A stretch of 25,311 nucleotides of DNA, taken from a virus. Lineage: Duplodnaviria > Caudoviricetes. The stretch's first letter is position 1. Every line of letters starts with the position of its first letter. Positions 9,348 through 16,764 of this stretch are shown piece by piece. Below the pieces are notes generated by a model that saw nothing but the letters and a program-made list of their open reading frames with translations, was not told the origin of the DNA and did no database searches. Position numbers and translations under genes: made by a program. Where the stretch lies: positions 1-25,311 of IMG/VR virus record IMGVR_UViG_3300006029_000081, one strand, 5' to 3'.

Positions 9348-9624
9348 TATTTTTTATCCTTTTTTCCGTTTCTTTAATTAAATCATCACCTGATTGTAAT
9401 TTTCTTTTTCCTTTCATTTTTTCTTTAACTTTTTTCATCATAGCTTTTAGATCGATTTTACCTTCATCCATTGTTCCTGCAGTAGAATAAAAATTATCAA
9501 TTAATTTTTTATGAAGCTCTGGGTTTGTTTTATAAATTTTTTCCATATCCATCGGCTTACCTGCTTTATTAAACTTAACACCTTGTTTTTTAAATTTTTC
9601 AATAATTGCTTTTTTATCTGCCAT
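9337..9624 (-). CDS. Hypothetical Lys-rich protein
   Basis: 95 aa ORF overlapping both neighbours by 11 nt. Confidence 0.75.
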   Translation of the reverse strand: MADKKAIIEKFKKQGVKFNKAGKPMDMEKIYKTNPELHKKLIDNFYSTAGTMDEGKIDLKAMMKKVKEKMKGKRKLQSGDDLIKETEKRIKNNGR

Positions 9625-10201
9625 TTGCTTTTCCTTTAATGTTATCGCGATAGTCTAATAGATACAACTTGTAGTCTTCAGAAAACTTTTTACGCCTAAG
9701 TGGTTTATTTTTTTTACCAGCCCACCAGTAATTTTCCCATAAATTCTTTACGTTTTGTGATCCAGTCGTTACTAAAGCTATATTTGCTTCTGGTTTTTGC
9801 AATAAATCAAACAATGCTAAAGCTGTTTGCTGCCCAGTTGTAAGCTTGCTTGCATCTAACATTTTGTTATCTACTATGCGATTTATGTAAGCAGGAACTT
9901 TTTCTTTGTTTTTAGTTAAAATGATCTGAGCGCGTTTGGCTGCTGTATATAATGACGCAGGCTCAAACTGCATAAGACCACGCCCAGCTCCATTAACTTC
10001 AACCCCATGTCTCATTGTTTTTTGTATGGCTTTAGGGTCTAGTTGTGATTCATGGTAGGCTATTGGAAGAACTACTTCATCAACAATACTCTCTCTGCTA
10101 ATCATAGGATCTTGCTCTCTTTTTACCTGTATTGCAAAATCTAGAGCATACTTAGAGTCATCGTCTTTTAATATTTCACTTCTAATGTTTTTTAGGCCCA
10201 T
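9614..10201 (-). CDS. Lytic transglycosylase (SLT)/lysozyme-fold protein
   Basis: IAYHES (catalytic Glu) followed by AGRGLMQF, the SLT motifs I and II. Confidence 0.7.
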   Translation of the reverse strand: MGLKNIRSEILKDDDSKYALDFAIQVKREQDPMISRESIVDEVVLPIAYHESQLDPKAIQKTMRHGVEVNGAGRGLMQFEPASLYTAAKRAQIILTKNKEKVPAYINRIVDNKMLDASKLTTGQQTALALFDLLQKPEANIALVTTGSQNVKNLWENYWWAGKKNKPLRRKKFSEDYKLYLLDYRDNIKGKANGR

Positions 10202-10207
10202 AATAGA

Positions 10208-10432
10208 TTACGCAAGTGTATCGTCATAACCCAGTGAATCTGTAGTATCTGCTACAGGACTAACAGATGATTTAGTTAATAATCCACCAGACCTTCTTCT
10301 AGCTCTTCTAGAAGCCGCTCTTTCTTCTGCAGCTCTATCACGACCAGCTATCTTTATTGGTTCTGGTTTTGGCGCTGGCGCTGGCGCTGGCTTTGGTTTT
10401 GATCCTGTTATTGCTTTTACTACTGAACCCAT
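10208..10432 (-). CDS. Small virion protein (T7 gp6.7/7.3-like)
   Basis: MGSVVKAITGSKPKPAPAP N-terminus, Arg-rich stretch then GGLL; typical of small genes upstream of podovirus portals. Confidence 0.6.
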   Translation of the reverse strand: MGSVVKAITGSKPKPAPAPAPKPEPIKIAGRDRAAEERAASRRARRRSGGLLTKSSVSPVADTTDSLGYDDTLA

Positions 10433-10441
10433 ACTTTACTC

Positions 10442-10690
10442 CTATCCAAGTGTTGTTGTTATTTTATCATCTTCTTCTATGCCAGTTTCTGGCGTAAGTC
10501 TTGCTGAAGACAATAACATTCTAGAACCACCACCACGTCTAGCCATTCTTTTAGCAGCCATCTCTTCTTTTAATGTACGCCTTTCATCCATAGCAGCTTT
10601 TTTAGCTGCCTCTGTTTCTTTTCTTTGTGCTTCTATTTGAGCCATTGCTGCTGAATTATCTGGCTTGCCACCAAAAAGACTACCCATCAA
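10442..10690 (-). CDS. Small virion protein (T7 gp6.7/7.3-like)
   Basis: MGSLFGGKP N-terminus, coiled coil, RRGGGSRMLL, ends TTLG. Confidence 0.6.
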   Translation of the reverse strand: MMGSLFGGKPDNSAAMAQIEAQRKETEAAKKAAMDERRTLKEEMAAKRMARRGGGSRMLLSSARLTPETGIEEDDKITTTLG

Positions 10691-11183
10691 CCTTTCTCCT
10701 CATCATATAAAAATCTTTCTTATCTTCACTGTACTGCGTTAATAAACCTTCTTGAACAAAACCAATAGCACTTGCCCATCGTAATGCTCTATTATCTGTT
10801 GATAATACTGTAATTTGTAGTCTATGTAAAGAAAATAATATCTCGCAGATATCAAAGAATGTTAATGCACCTTTAGTCATACCTATGGGATATCTTCTAG
10901 CTTTCTCATCAAACGTTGACCATGCCTCACCAAGCCCCTTCCAAATAAGCACAACGCCAAAAATAGCGATAACATCATTATAATGCATGACAGTAACACA
11001 TGGGCCAAGAAGAGACTGGCGTTCAATACCTTGTTTTCTAGTGCTATCCGACATCGATGAAATCCCATAAGATTTTAATCCTTTATAATTATTAAGGTGA
11101 TATGGTTTAAATGTATGATAACTTATATTATCAATATTAGGCATATACCTATTTAAATATTCTTGATTAAGAAAAGATGTCAA
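10680..11183 (-). CDS. GNAT-fold acetyltransferase-like protein
   Basis: LHRLQITV...N.RALRWA..IGFVQEG C-terminal GNAT/RimJ-like motif. Confidence 0.7.
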   Translation of the reverse strand: MTSFLNQEYLNRYMPNIDNISYHTFKPYHLNNYKGLKSYGISSMSDSTRKQGIERQSLLGPCVTVMHYNDVIAIFGVVLIWKGLGEAWSTFDEKARRYPIGMTKGALTFFDICEILFSLHRLQITVLSTDNRALRWASAIGFVQEGLLTQYSEDKKDFYMMRRKVDG

Positions 11184-12723
11184 AGTCTGAGTTCGCTATA
11201 TTTTGAGATATAATAGAACTTGCTGCTAATGGACTTTTTGTTAGCCGCTTATGTTCACCCCCACCTAAAAGCAAATATCCAAATGCATCACCAATGTGTG
11301 AGTGTTCATTTTTATTAGGACTATCTTTAAATCTTTCCTGCCCTGCACCTACACTAATACGCCTAAAATGATACCCTCCAGATAAGGATTTACGTAAACG
11401 CTTGCATTGTGTATGTACTAACAAACCGGGCTTACCTTCTATTAATCTTTGCATCGGAGCAGCCCCTGCTTCACGCCTTACTCTAAAATTATTAGATGGA
11501 GTTGGTTGCGCTCGTAACCCTAGCGTTCTTAAATAGTCAAATGCAGTAACTTCATAGATAGCATCACGTTGCATACCAGCAGGATCTCCCCATATTAGTA
11601 CCTGTGCTTTAGGGTATTTAGCATTAATTTCAGCTAATAACTGTTGGCCAAATCTTTCTAATCCCATATCTTCAGTAACAATTTCATCAAACACAACCCA
11701 TCTTCCGTTTGCTAATCTTTGCCCTATAGCTGCTGCAGGAGTTAAACCAAAGTCTAATCCTATTTGTAGTGGTTGTGTAGGATCATATTCTATTTCTAAT
11801 GATGACATTAAATTATCATCATACTCAGACCAAACTGATTTTCCTTCTTGTACATAAGTATATTTACCTTCTGCATAACAGCGCACCCAATCTAAGTTTT
11901 TACCTCCAAGCATTTGCATATAGTAACCACTAGGTAGATTACCTACATTTTCAGCTTTGCTGTTAAGCGTCCACCATCTCCCTCCAGAAAAAACATGATC
12001 ATTTGCTTCTGGGTTATCTGGTAAATTTTCTAATTCTACTTCTTTTACTCCACCCGGTTGTTTAAAAAAATCCCAACCATACTTTCCAGAAAGCTTTTCT
12101 TTCTCACTTAACCTAAACCACCAATGATCGTCATCCATTGGGTTGGTATCCATCCATACTCCATGCCATGTAGGACCGCCATCACGCTGAGTAGGATAAC
12201 GACCCACACGATGAGTAAGCCCGTCAATAACTGCCTTAGGAAGTTCTCTAGCTTCATTTACCCATGCTCCTGTTAATTCTAGTGATAAAAGTTTTCTTAC
12301 GTCTTTAGGTTGGTCCAATGCTAAAAAAATCACTTCACAATCTATTCCCGCAGCATCGCCACGAGATGGGAGACGAATGTGATGTGTTATAGGAGGCGTA
12401 TATAACATCGGACCAAAAGTGTTTTCAGGAAATAATTCCTGCCAAGTTTTTATTGTGGTAGTCTTTAATTCTGGGTACGAGTTTCGTACAATAACAAATC
12501 GAGTGTAGCGAACGCCATCTTGAGGAGAAGGCTTTTGCCTAACGGCACGCATCATGATTTCAGCAGCACAAGCGTAGGATTTACCGGACCCTACTGGACC
12601 CATAAGACCACGAACAAATTTATTGCTTTTTAAAAAATTGTAAACAACAGGGCTAGTGCTAAAATCTAAATCAATTCCGGGACCTGTTAATTCTTTTTTA
12701 CTACGAATTTTTTTATTGCTCAT
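11167..12723 (-). CDS. terL: Terminase large subunit
   Basis: Walker A GPVGSGKS, Walker B region AWVNEARE, DTNP motif, nuclease IGLDFG and SHIGDAFGY. Confidence 0.95.
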   Translation of the reverse strand: MSNKKIRSKKELTGPGIDLDFSTSPVVYNFLKSNKFVRGLMGPVGSGKSYACAAEIMMRAVRQKPSPQDGVRYTRFVIVRNSYPELKTTTIKTWQELFPENTFGPMLYTPPITHHIRLPSRGDAAGIDCEVIFLALDQPKDVRKLLSLELTGAWVNEARELPKAVIDGLTHRVGRYPTQRDGGPTWHGVWMDTNPMDDDHWWFRLSEKEKLSGKYGWDFFKQPGGVKEVELENLPDNPEANDHVFSGGRWWTLNSKAENVGNLPSGYYMQMLGGKNLDWVRCYAEGKYTYVQEGKSVWSEYDDNLMSSLEIEYDPTQPLQIGLDFGLTPAAAIGQRLANGRWVVFDEIVTEDMGLERFGQQLLAEINAKYPKAQVLIWGDPAGMQRDAIYEVTAFDYLRTLGLRAQPTPSNNFRVRREAGAAPMQRLIEGKPGLLVHTQCKRLRKSLSGGYHFRRISVGAGQERFKDSPNKNEHSHIGDAFGYLLLGGGEHKRLTKSPLAASSIISQNIANSDFDIFS

Positions 12724-12874
12724 CGTCTATATCTTTAAACTTCATTGTCATCATACGTTTAAGTTCTAAGTTTTCTTGATACAGTGTATCTATAATTTCC
12801 ATAACCCTAGAGTTATTAAGATGAGCCATTTTAAACTCTTCACGTAGCTGATCAATTGATTGCTTAATGTCCAT
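12713..12874 (-). CDS. Hypothetical coiled-coil protein, 53 aa
   Basis: Not in ORF track. MDIKQSIDQLREEFKMAHLNNSRVMEIIDTLYQENLELKRMMTMKFKDIDDEQ; SD GGAG; overlaps both neighbours. Confidence 0.75.
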   Translation of the reverse strand: MDIKQSIDQLREEFKMAHLNNSRVMEIIDTLYQENLELKRMMTMKFKDIDDEQ

Positions 12875-13124
12875 GATCTTTTCTCCATTGCTTCCAAAGT
12901 TGTAAAGTGTGTATTGCTTTATCTATATCTTCATCACCATTACCTTTTAGGTCAACCCTTGTGACATATTTAATAATGGTATGTTGCATTGCATTTAAGT
13001 TATTAGCCATAGAAAATTGCATAGGCTGTATTTTCATTTTAGTATAATGATCTCCTCCCACTTGAGAATCAAATGATAAAGCTTTAAATTCTTTATAAGA
13101 TACTTTTGGTTTATTCACTGTCAA
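12864..13124 (-). CDS. DUF3310 family (T7 gp1.7-like nucleotide kinase domain)
   Basis: QVGGDHY...IQP...IIKYVTR...KG...EDIDKA motif. Confidence 0.8.
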   Translation of the reverse strand: MTVNKPKVSYKEFKALSFDSQVGGDHYTKMKIQPMQFSMANNLNAMQHTIIKYVTRVDLKGNGDEDIDKAIHTLQLWKQWRKDHGH

Positions 13125-13524
13125 TTATCTCTGGTGCTTTAACATTAATACCGATAACACTTGGCTTATCAGATTCTTCTGGGTTATCTAGCATACCACT
13201 GGCTTTTGCTAATATTCTTAATATAGCTGGTTTATCCCAGAATTCTATGGCTATATCTCCATCTTGATTTATTTTAATAGATTTTATAGCTTGCATTGCA
13301 TGTTCGGGAATATCTTTACTTGCTTTGACTTTTACTTTGCCAGTATGATCCCACTCCATTACGTCACTAATTTTAGTATTCGCTATAGATAAAAGACTGT
13401 AGGCAACTTGCTCCCTGTTTGCAGCAATAGTAGTACTACGCTCTAAACTTCTTTGTAGCGTTTTAACTCCCCCATACCCAGCAAGACTAGGTATAGGTTT
13501 GCTTTTGTTTTTAGATTCAGCCAT
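13111..13524 (-). CDS. terS: Terminase small subunit (probable)
   Basis: IA..KISDVMEW...AIKSIK...IEFWDK..IL.ILAK..GM pattern; upstream of TerL. Confidence 0.7.
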   Translation of the reverse strand: MAESKNKSKPIPSLAGYGGVKTLQRSLERSTTIAANREQVAYSLLSIANTKISDVMEWDHTGKVKVKASKDIPEHAMQAIKSIKINQDGDIAIEFWDKPAILRILAKASGMLDNPEESDKPSVIGINVKAPEIIDSE

Positions 13525-13832
13525 TAAAAGGGTATATCGTCCTCAAGTTCGTTAATGGATTCAGCCACAGGTTGACTCGCCGGCTGCGTATCTTGTACTG
13601 GTGCGGGTGGTTTGGAACCGGTACTCTCTCCAACAGGATTACCCATCTTAAGTTTAAGCCATCGGTTTCCAGTAGCTTGCGAAGTGTTTTCATAGATATT
13701 AACGTATCTGATAACCCCGTCTGCACATAACAATTGTCCTTGAAAATCGGCATGCCAATCTTCTGTTTTATCCTGTTTAAATGCTTTTCCTTCAGCGCCT
13801 TCTTTTAGTTCTAGTTTATTTGGTTGAGCCAT
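13524..13832 (-). CDS. Single-stranded DNA-binding-like protein
   Basis: Short beta domain, Pro/Gln linker, acidic C-terminal tip ELEDDIPF. Confidence 0.65.
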   Translation of the reverse strand: MAQPNKLELKEGAEGKAFKQDKTEDWHADFQGQLLCADGVIRYVNIYENTSQATGNRWLKLKMGNPVGESTGSKPPAPVQDTQPASQPVAESINELEDDIPF

Positions 13833-14199
13833 GCTCTTCTCCTATAAAGTCATATAAATGTATTACAGCCGCGCCCTTTGGTATCGCTTCGCCTCTAGCT
13901 ATCTCAATATAATCTATCTGACTATCATCATTATACATATCCGCTTTCATAAGTGCATCTAATATAGCTTTCAAAGTATTGTCTAGATCAAACTTTCTTT
14001 TAGATCTAGGATGAATCATCACGCTAATAGCAACTCGATTTTCGCCAAATGACTTGGCCCCGCTTTGTTTTACAATAAGATCAACTTCCTTAGTAAATGC
14101 AACCCCTTCCTTGCTAATAAACCTACGATGGCCATTTGCGCGCCAATAACTATTAACACTTGGTGGGTAAGGCAGCTGTAACCTTACTGTTGGTCTCAT
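13816..14199 (-). CDS. rusA: RusA-family Holliday junction resolvase
   Basis: LPYPPSVN, DLDN..KA..DAL, DDSQI motifs. Confidence 0.92.
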   Translation of the reverse strand: MRPTVRLQLPYPPSVNSYWRANGHRRFISKEGVAFTKEVDLIVKQSGAKSFGENRVAISVMIHPRSKRKFDLDNTLKAILDALMKADMYNDDSQIDYIEIARGEAIPKGAAVIHLYDFIGEEHGSTK

Positions 14200-14381
14200 A
14201 ATCTATTTAACCGACTACGAATGTCTTTAGTTAAATGTGCTTTGATTGCCTCATTAATAAGAGAGGATTTTGTTTTTTCTTGTTCCTTTGCTGCCTGTAC
14301 TAATAACTCTTTACTTTGCGGTGTTAACCTTACTAAAAATGGTGTTAAATCACTCACATTAATCTCCTTTATATTTAACAT
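14196..14381 (-). CDS. Ribbon-helix-helix (Arc/CopG-like) DNA-binding protein
   Basis: PFLVRL strand, helix, then SSLINEAI helix; real start possibly GTG at 14357. Confidence 0.7.
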   Translation of the reverse strand: MLNIKEINVSDLTPFLVRLTPQSKELLVQAAKEQEKTKSSLINEAIKAHLTKDIRSRLNRL

Positions 14382-14610
14382 ATGGTTTCTTTTTTCTCTT
14401 GTTTGGTACAGCTTTTTTCTTTTCTTTCATTAGTGCTTTCTCCTGTAAAATATGTTCCGCTAGAAGATGTACGCTCATACCCTTGTCTTGGTTCATAGGA
14501 AATCCCTTAGTAACTTTCCAATAACCATCCGACCTTGTCCATCTATACTCTAGCGGCTCACCCTTGTTAAACTCTTTGCATATTAATTTATAAAACTCTC
14601 TAAGCGTCAA
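14359..14610 (-). CDS. Hypothetical protein
   Basis: 83 aa ORF overlapping neighbours. Confidence 0.65.
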   Translation of the reverse strand: MTLREFYKLICKEFNKGEPLEYRWTRSDGYWKVTKGFPMNQDKGMSVHLLAEHILQEKALMKEKKKAVPNKRKKKPYVKYKGD

Positions 14611-14866
14611 TATTACAACTTCGAGTCATCTTGCATGGTTTATGAGTATCACGATACCTAATGGTATTATTAGTCATGTCTATACTCTTGATCACTGTCC
14701 CTTCAGGTAATTTAATATAATCCTGTAATAAACATCTTGTTGCTTTCGTGTCTGGATGGTGTAGGGATACATAGAGTTGCGCCACTTTGCAATTAGAAAA
14801 ATTCCCGACATACTTCCATTCGTCTATTTCCGTAACACTAATAATCATTACAAATAAATATTCCAT
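14600..14866 (-). CDS. Hypothetical protein, first gene of leftward operon
   Basis: 88 aa, SD TAAGGAG. Confidence 0.75.
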   Translation of the reverse strand: MEYLFVMIISVTEIDEWKYVGNFSNCKVAQLYVSLHHPDTKATRCLLQDYIKLPEGTVIKSIDMTNNTIRYRDTHKPCKMTRSCNIDA

Positions 14867-14928
14867 GATTACTCCTTAAATAAATGGATTACCTATAAAC
14901 CACCGGAACGTAGTTCCCCTATAAATTA

Positions 14929-14956
14929 AGTATATCTTAGGGATACCCTGTGTCAA
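14929..14956 (-). promoter_or_regulatory. Sigma70 promoter of leftward operon
   Basis: TTGACA-16 nt-TATACT; spacer holds palindrome AGGG-TAT-CCCT. Confidence 0.75.
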
Positions 14957-14959
14957 TAG

Positions 14960-14988
14960 TTGCATTACAATTAGTTTAGTAGTATAGT
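14960..14988 (+). promoter_or_regulatory. Divergent sigma70 promoter pointing into ORF-free region
   Basis: TTGCAT-17 nt-TATAGT, back-to-back with the leftward promoter. Confidence 0.65.
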
Positions 14989-14994
14989 TCTATT

Positions 14995-15232
14995 ACGGGG
15001 CCATAACCCAGCCCACCGGCGGTAGAGCATGACCAATGGTATAAACGAGTTGAATCAGAGGTATCCTTACAGGTACAGTACTCTGGGTATGTAGGTAGAC
15101 GCTACATATAAACATGATAAACGAGAATGCTCACACTCTATGTGTTCTTCCTGTTTTTTAACGGGTGAGATTCTAGTTGTCTGTAGAAACATGTAGGCAA
15201 TAACAGGTTGGCTCTTTTGGTTAACCTTTTTT
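14995..15232 (+). ncRNA. Candidate ~240-nt structured non-coding RNA, family not recognised
   Basis: Own promoter and terminator, 7-8 consecutive helices with G-U pairs favouring the + strand, possible pseudoknot, no credible ORF. Confidence 0.65.
15205..15232 (+). terminator. Rho-independent terminator
   Basis: AGGTTGGC...GTTAACCT stem (two G-U) followed by T-run. Confidence 0.65.
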
Positions 15233-15292
15233 ATAAAAAAAAAGTAAAGCGGTCCTGCTGATCACCGGTTAGGGCTATCTGAAAAACCCAGC

Positions 15293-15352
15293 AAAAAATT
15301 GAGTCAGACCCCCAGGTACAAGGCCAAGGGGTCCCCCCCCAAGGGTGCCGGC
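15293..15352. other. G/C-run element, candidate packaging site/genome terminus
   Basis: AAAAAATT then GACCCC...GGGGTC inverted repeat and a C8 run in an AT-rich genome; coincides with oligonucleotide-usage shift. Confidence 0.45.
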
Positions 15353-15490
15353 TCAGAAATAAATATTATCCTCTGGGCCTAGCAGAATTTATAATATCTA
15401 CTCTGTAAATCCATACATGTATTGATAGGGTCTCGCTTGTATATATAAACATAGGGGTATGGCCTGAAAGTTTAAAAGCTTAACGGGCGT

Positions 15491-16096
15491 TTAGCTATTC
15501 AATTCTTTGCGCAAATCCTCGGGCTTCTCACCTTGTAACAATCTTTTCTCTAGGCTGAGCAATTGCTGCTCACTAGACACACACTCAAATAAACTAGTTA
15601 CTTCCCGGTTGTATGATTCCATTGATTGTTTCGAGTCTTTACTCTTCGCTTGTTTGCTTATGTCCTTGTTTTTATTAGTTCGCTTTGCTTTAATCATGCT
15701 ATTAATCTCAGCGTTATTATATGGCTCAATTGGGGCCTGAGCTATCCGGCTTGCATCCTCGTTGCTAATATCATCATCGTATATTATGCGCCGTGTTGCG
15801 CCTTTAATCATCGTATAATGTCCGCTTATCTTTTTTACAATCTTTAATCGTTGTAACCGGCTCATGTGATAACTAACAGTCTGAGAGGTTACTCCCAAAT
15901 CATTAGCGATTCTATTCAACGATACATGCGAGAAGCCCGCCTTATTGCAATAACTTGATAGTACAATTAATACGCGCAAGCTTCCAAGGGTGAGCGGCTT
16001 TTCTAATATATGAAGCGGGACTACTGCGAATTTTCTTTGATCCGGGGCCGGTGTTTTTTCTTTAATCTTTCTTTGCTTTGGCAAGTTATATTCCAT
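15491..16096 (-). CDS. Winged-HTH protein, putative replication initiator
   Basis: FAVVP...LRVLIVLSSY....G...VSLNRIANDLGVTSQTVSYHMSRL: HTH_36-like N-terminus of phage replication proteins. Confidence 0.65.
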   Translation of the reverse strand: MEYNLPKQRKIKEKTPAPDQRKFAVVPLHILEKPLTLGSLRVLIVLSSYCNKAGFSHVSLNRIANDLGVTSQTVSYHMSRLQRLKIVKKISGHYTMIKGATRRIIYDDDISNEDASRIAQAPIEPYNNAEINSMIKAKRTNKNKDISKQAKSKDSKQSMESYNREVTSLFECVSSEQQLLSLEKRLLQGEKPEDLRKELNS

Positions 16097-16124
16097 ACTT
16101 AAATTATACCTATTATATAAATGT

Positions 16125-16154
16125 TTGCTTTATTCGATATCTTTCCGGTATAAT
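16125..16154 (+). promoter_or_regulatory. Sigma70 early promoter
   Basis: TTGCTT-18 nt-TATAAT with AT-rich upstream region, followed by a leader hairpin at 16163-16186. Confidence 0.7.
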
Positions 16155-16187
16155 CTTAATATAGGCGCATGGCTTGCCGCGCGTCTT

Positions 16188-16461
16188 ATCTTAATAACTA
16201 TATAAGGACTAAGAAAATGGACATATACGAAACTCAAGCGATACCACTTAACAAGCTCAAACAAACCGGCTATACCTTTTTTAAACGTAAGCCGGACGCT
16301 AAGGTTGTTTATGTTGTGAACCATTACGACCGCGGAAGCAAAAGTTATTCATGTTCAGATGCCGAGGACATGAACCGAGAAGTATTTATAAAAGCTAATA
16401 AGCCGGTATTCATTGGCTTTGAATATTAATCTTAATAACTATAAAAGGACTAAGAAAAATG
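16188..16461 (+). repeat. Direct repeat of ~32-nt translation-initiation leader (16188-16219, 16429-16461)
   Basis: ATCTTAATAACTATA(T/A)AAGGACTAAGAAAA(A)TG precedes two consecutive genes. Confidence 0.9.
16217..16429 (+). CDS. Hypothetical early protein (70 aa)
   Basis: Start reassigned from 16169 to ATG 16217 behind SD TAAGGA. Confidence 0.8.
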   Translation: MDIYETQAIPLNKLKQTGYTFFKRKPDAKVVYVVNHYDRGSKSYSCSDAEDMNREVFIKANKPVFIGFEY

Positions 16462-16764
16462 CACCCTAAAAAATTTAATGTTTATGTAGATCCGGGCCAC
16501 GCGTGGCTACGGGTTCCGTTATCAGAATTAAACCGTTTAGCTTTAACGTCTAAAATAAGCTCATATTCTTTTATGAATGGTAAATGGGCTTATCTTGAAG
16601 AGGATCAGGACGCGCCCCTTTATTTGGATCGATTAGAAGAGGACGGCTACAAGCCTTTAATTACTTTTGGTTGTATCAATAGAATAATAAGTAACAATCC
16701 GTCTAAAATTAGAAGTTATTCACATTTTAATTATATTAATATTATCTCTAAGGGGGCGATTTAA
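16459..16764 (+). CDS. Conserved early protein with DPGHxWL...YLEEDxD motif
   Basis: Motif recurrent in phage early regions; SD AAGGA. Confidence 0.8.
   Translation: MHPKKFNVYVDPGHAWLRVPLSELNRLALTSKISSYSFMNGKWAYLEEDQDAPLYLDRLEEDGYKPLITFGCINRIISNNPSKIRSYSHFNYINIISKGAI

Noticed and set aside
14995-15090. HDV-like ribozyme (CCCAGCC resemblance)
   Set aside because: Could not build the nested double pseudoknot by eye
15029-15094. 21-codon ORF inside the candidate RNA
   Set aside because: No SD; start buried in a predicted stem-loop
14997-15232. tmRNA or tRNA identity of the candidate RNA (starts GGGGCC)
   Set aside because: No T-arm GTTCRA, no 3' acceptor strand or CCA, no tag ORF
16188-16461. 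CRISPR-like array
   Set aside because: Only two full copies, separated by a whole gene, and each copy is an RBS
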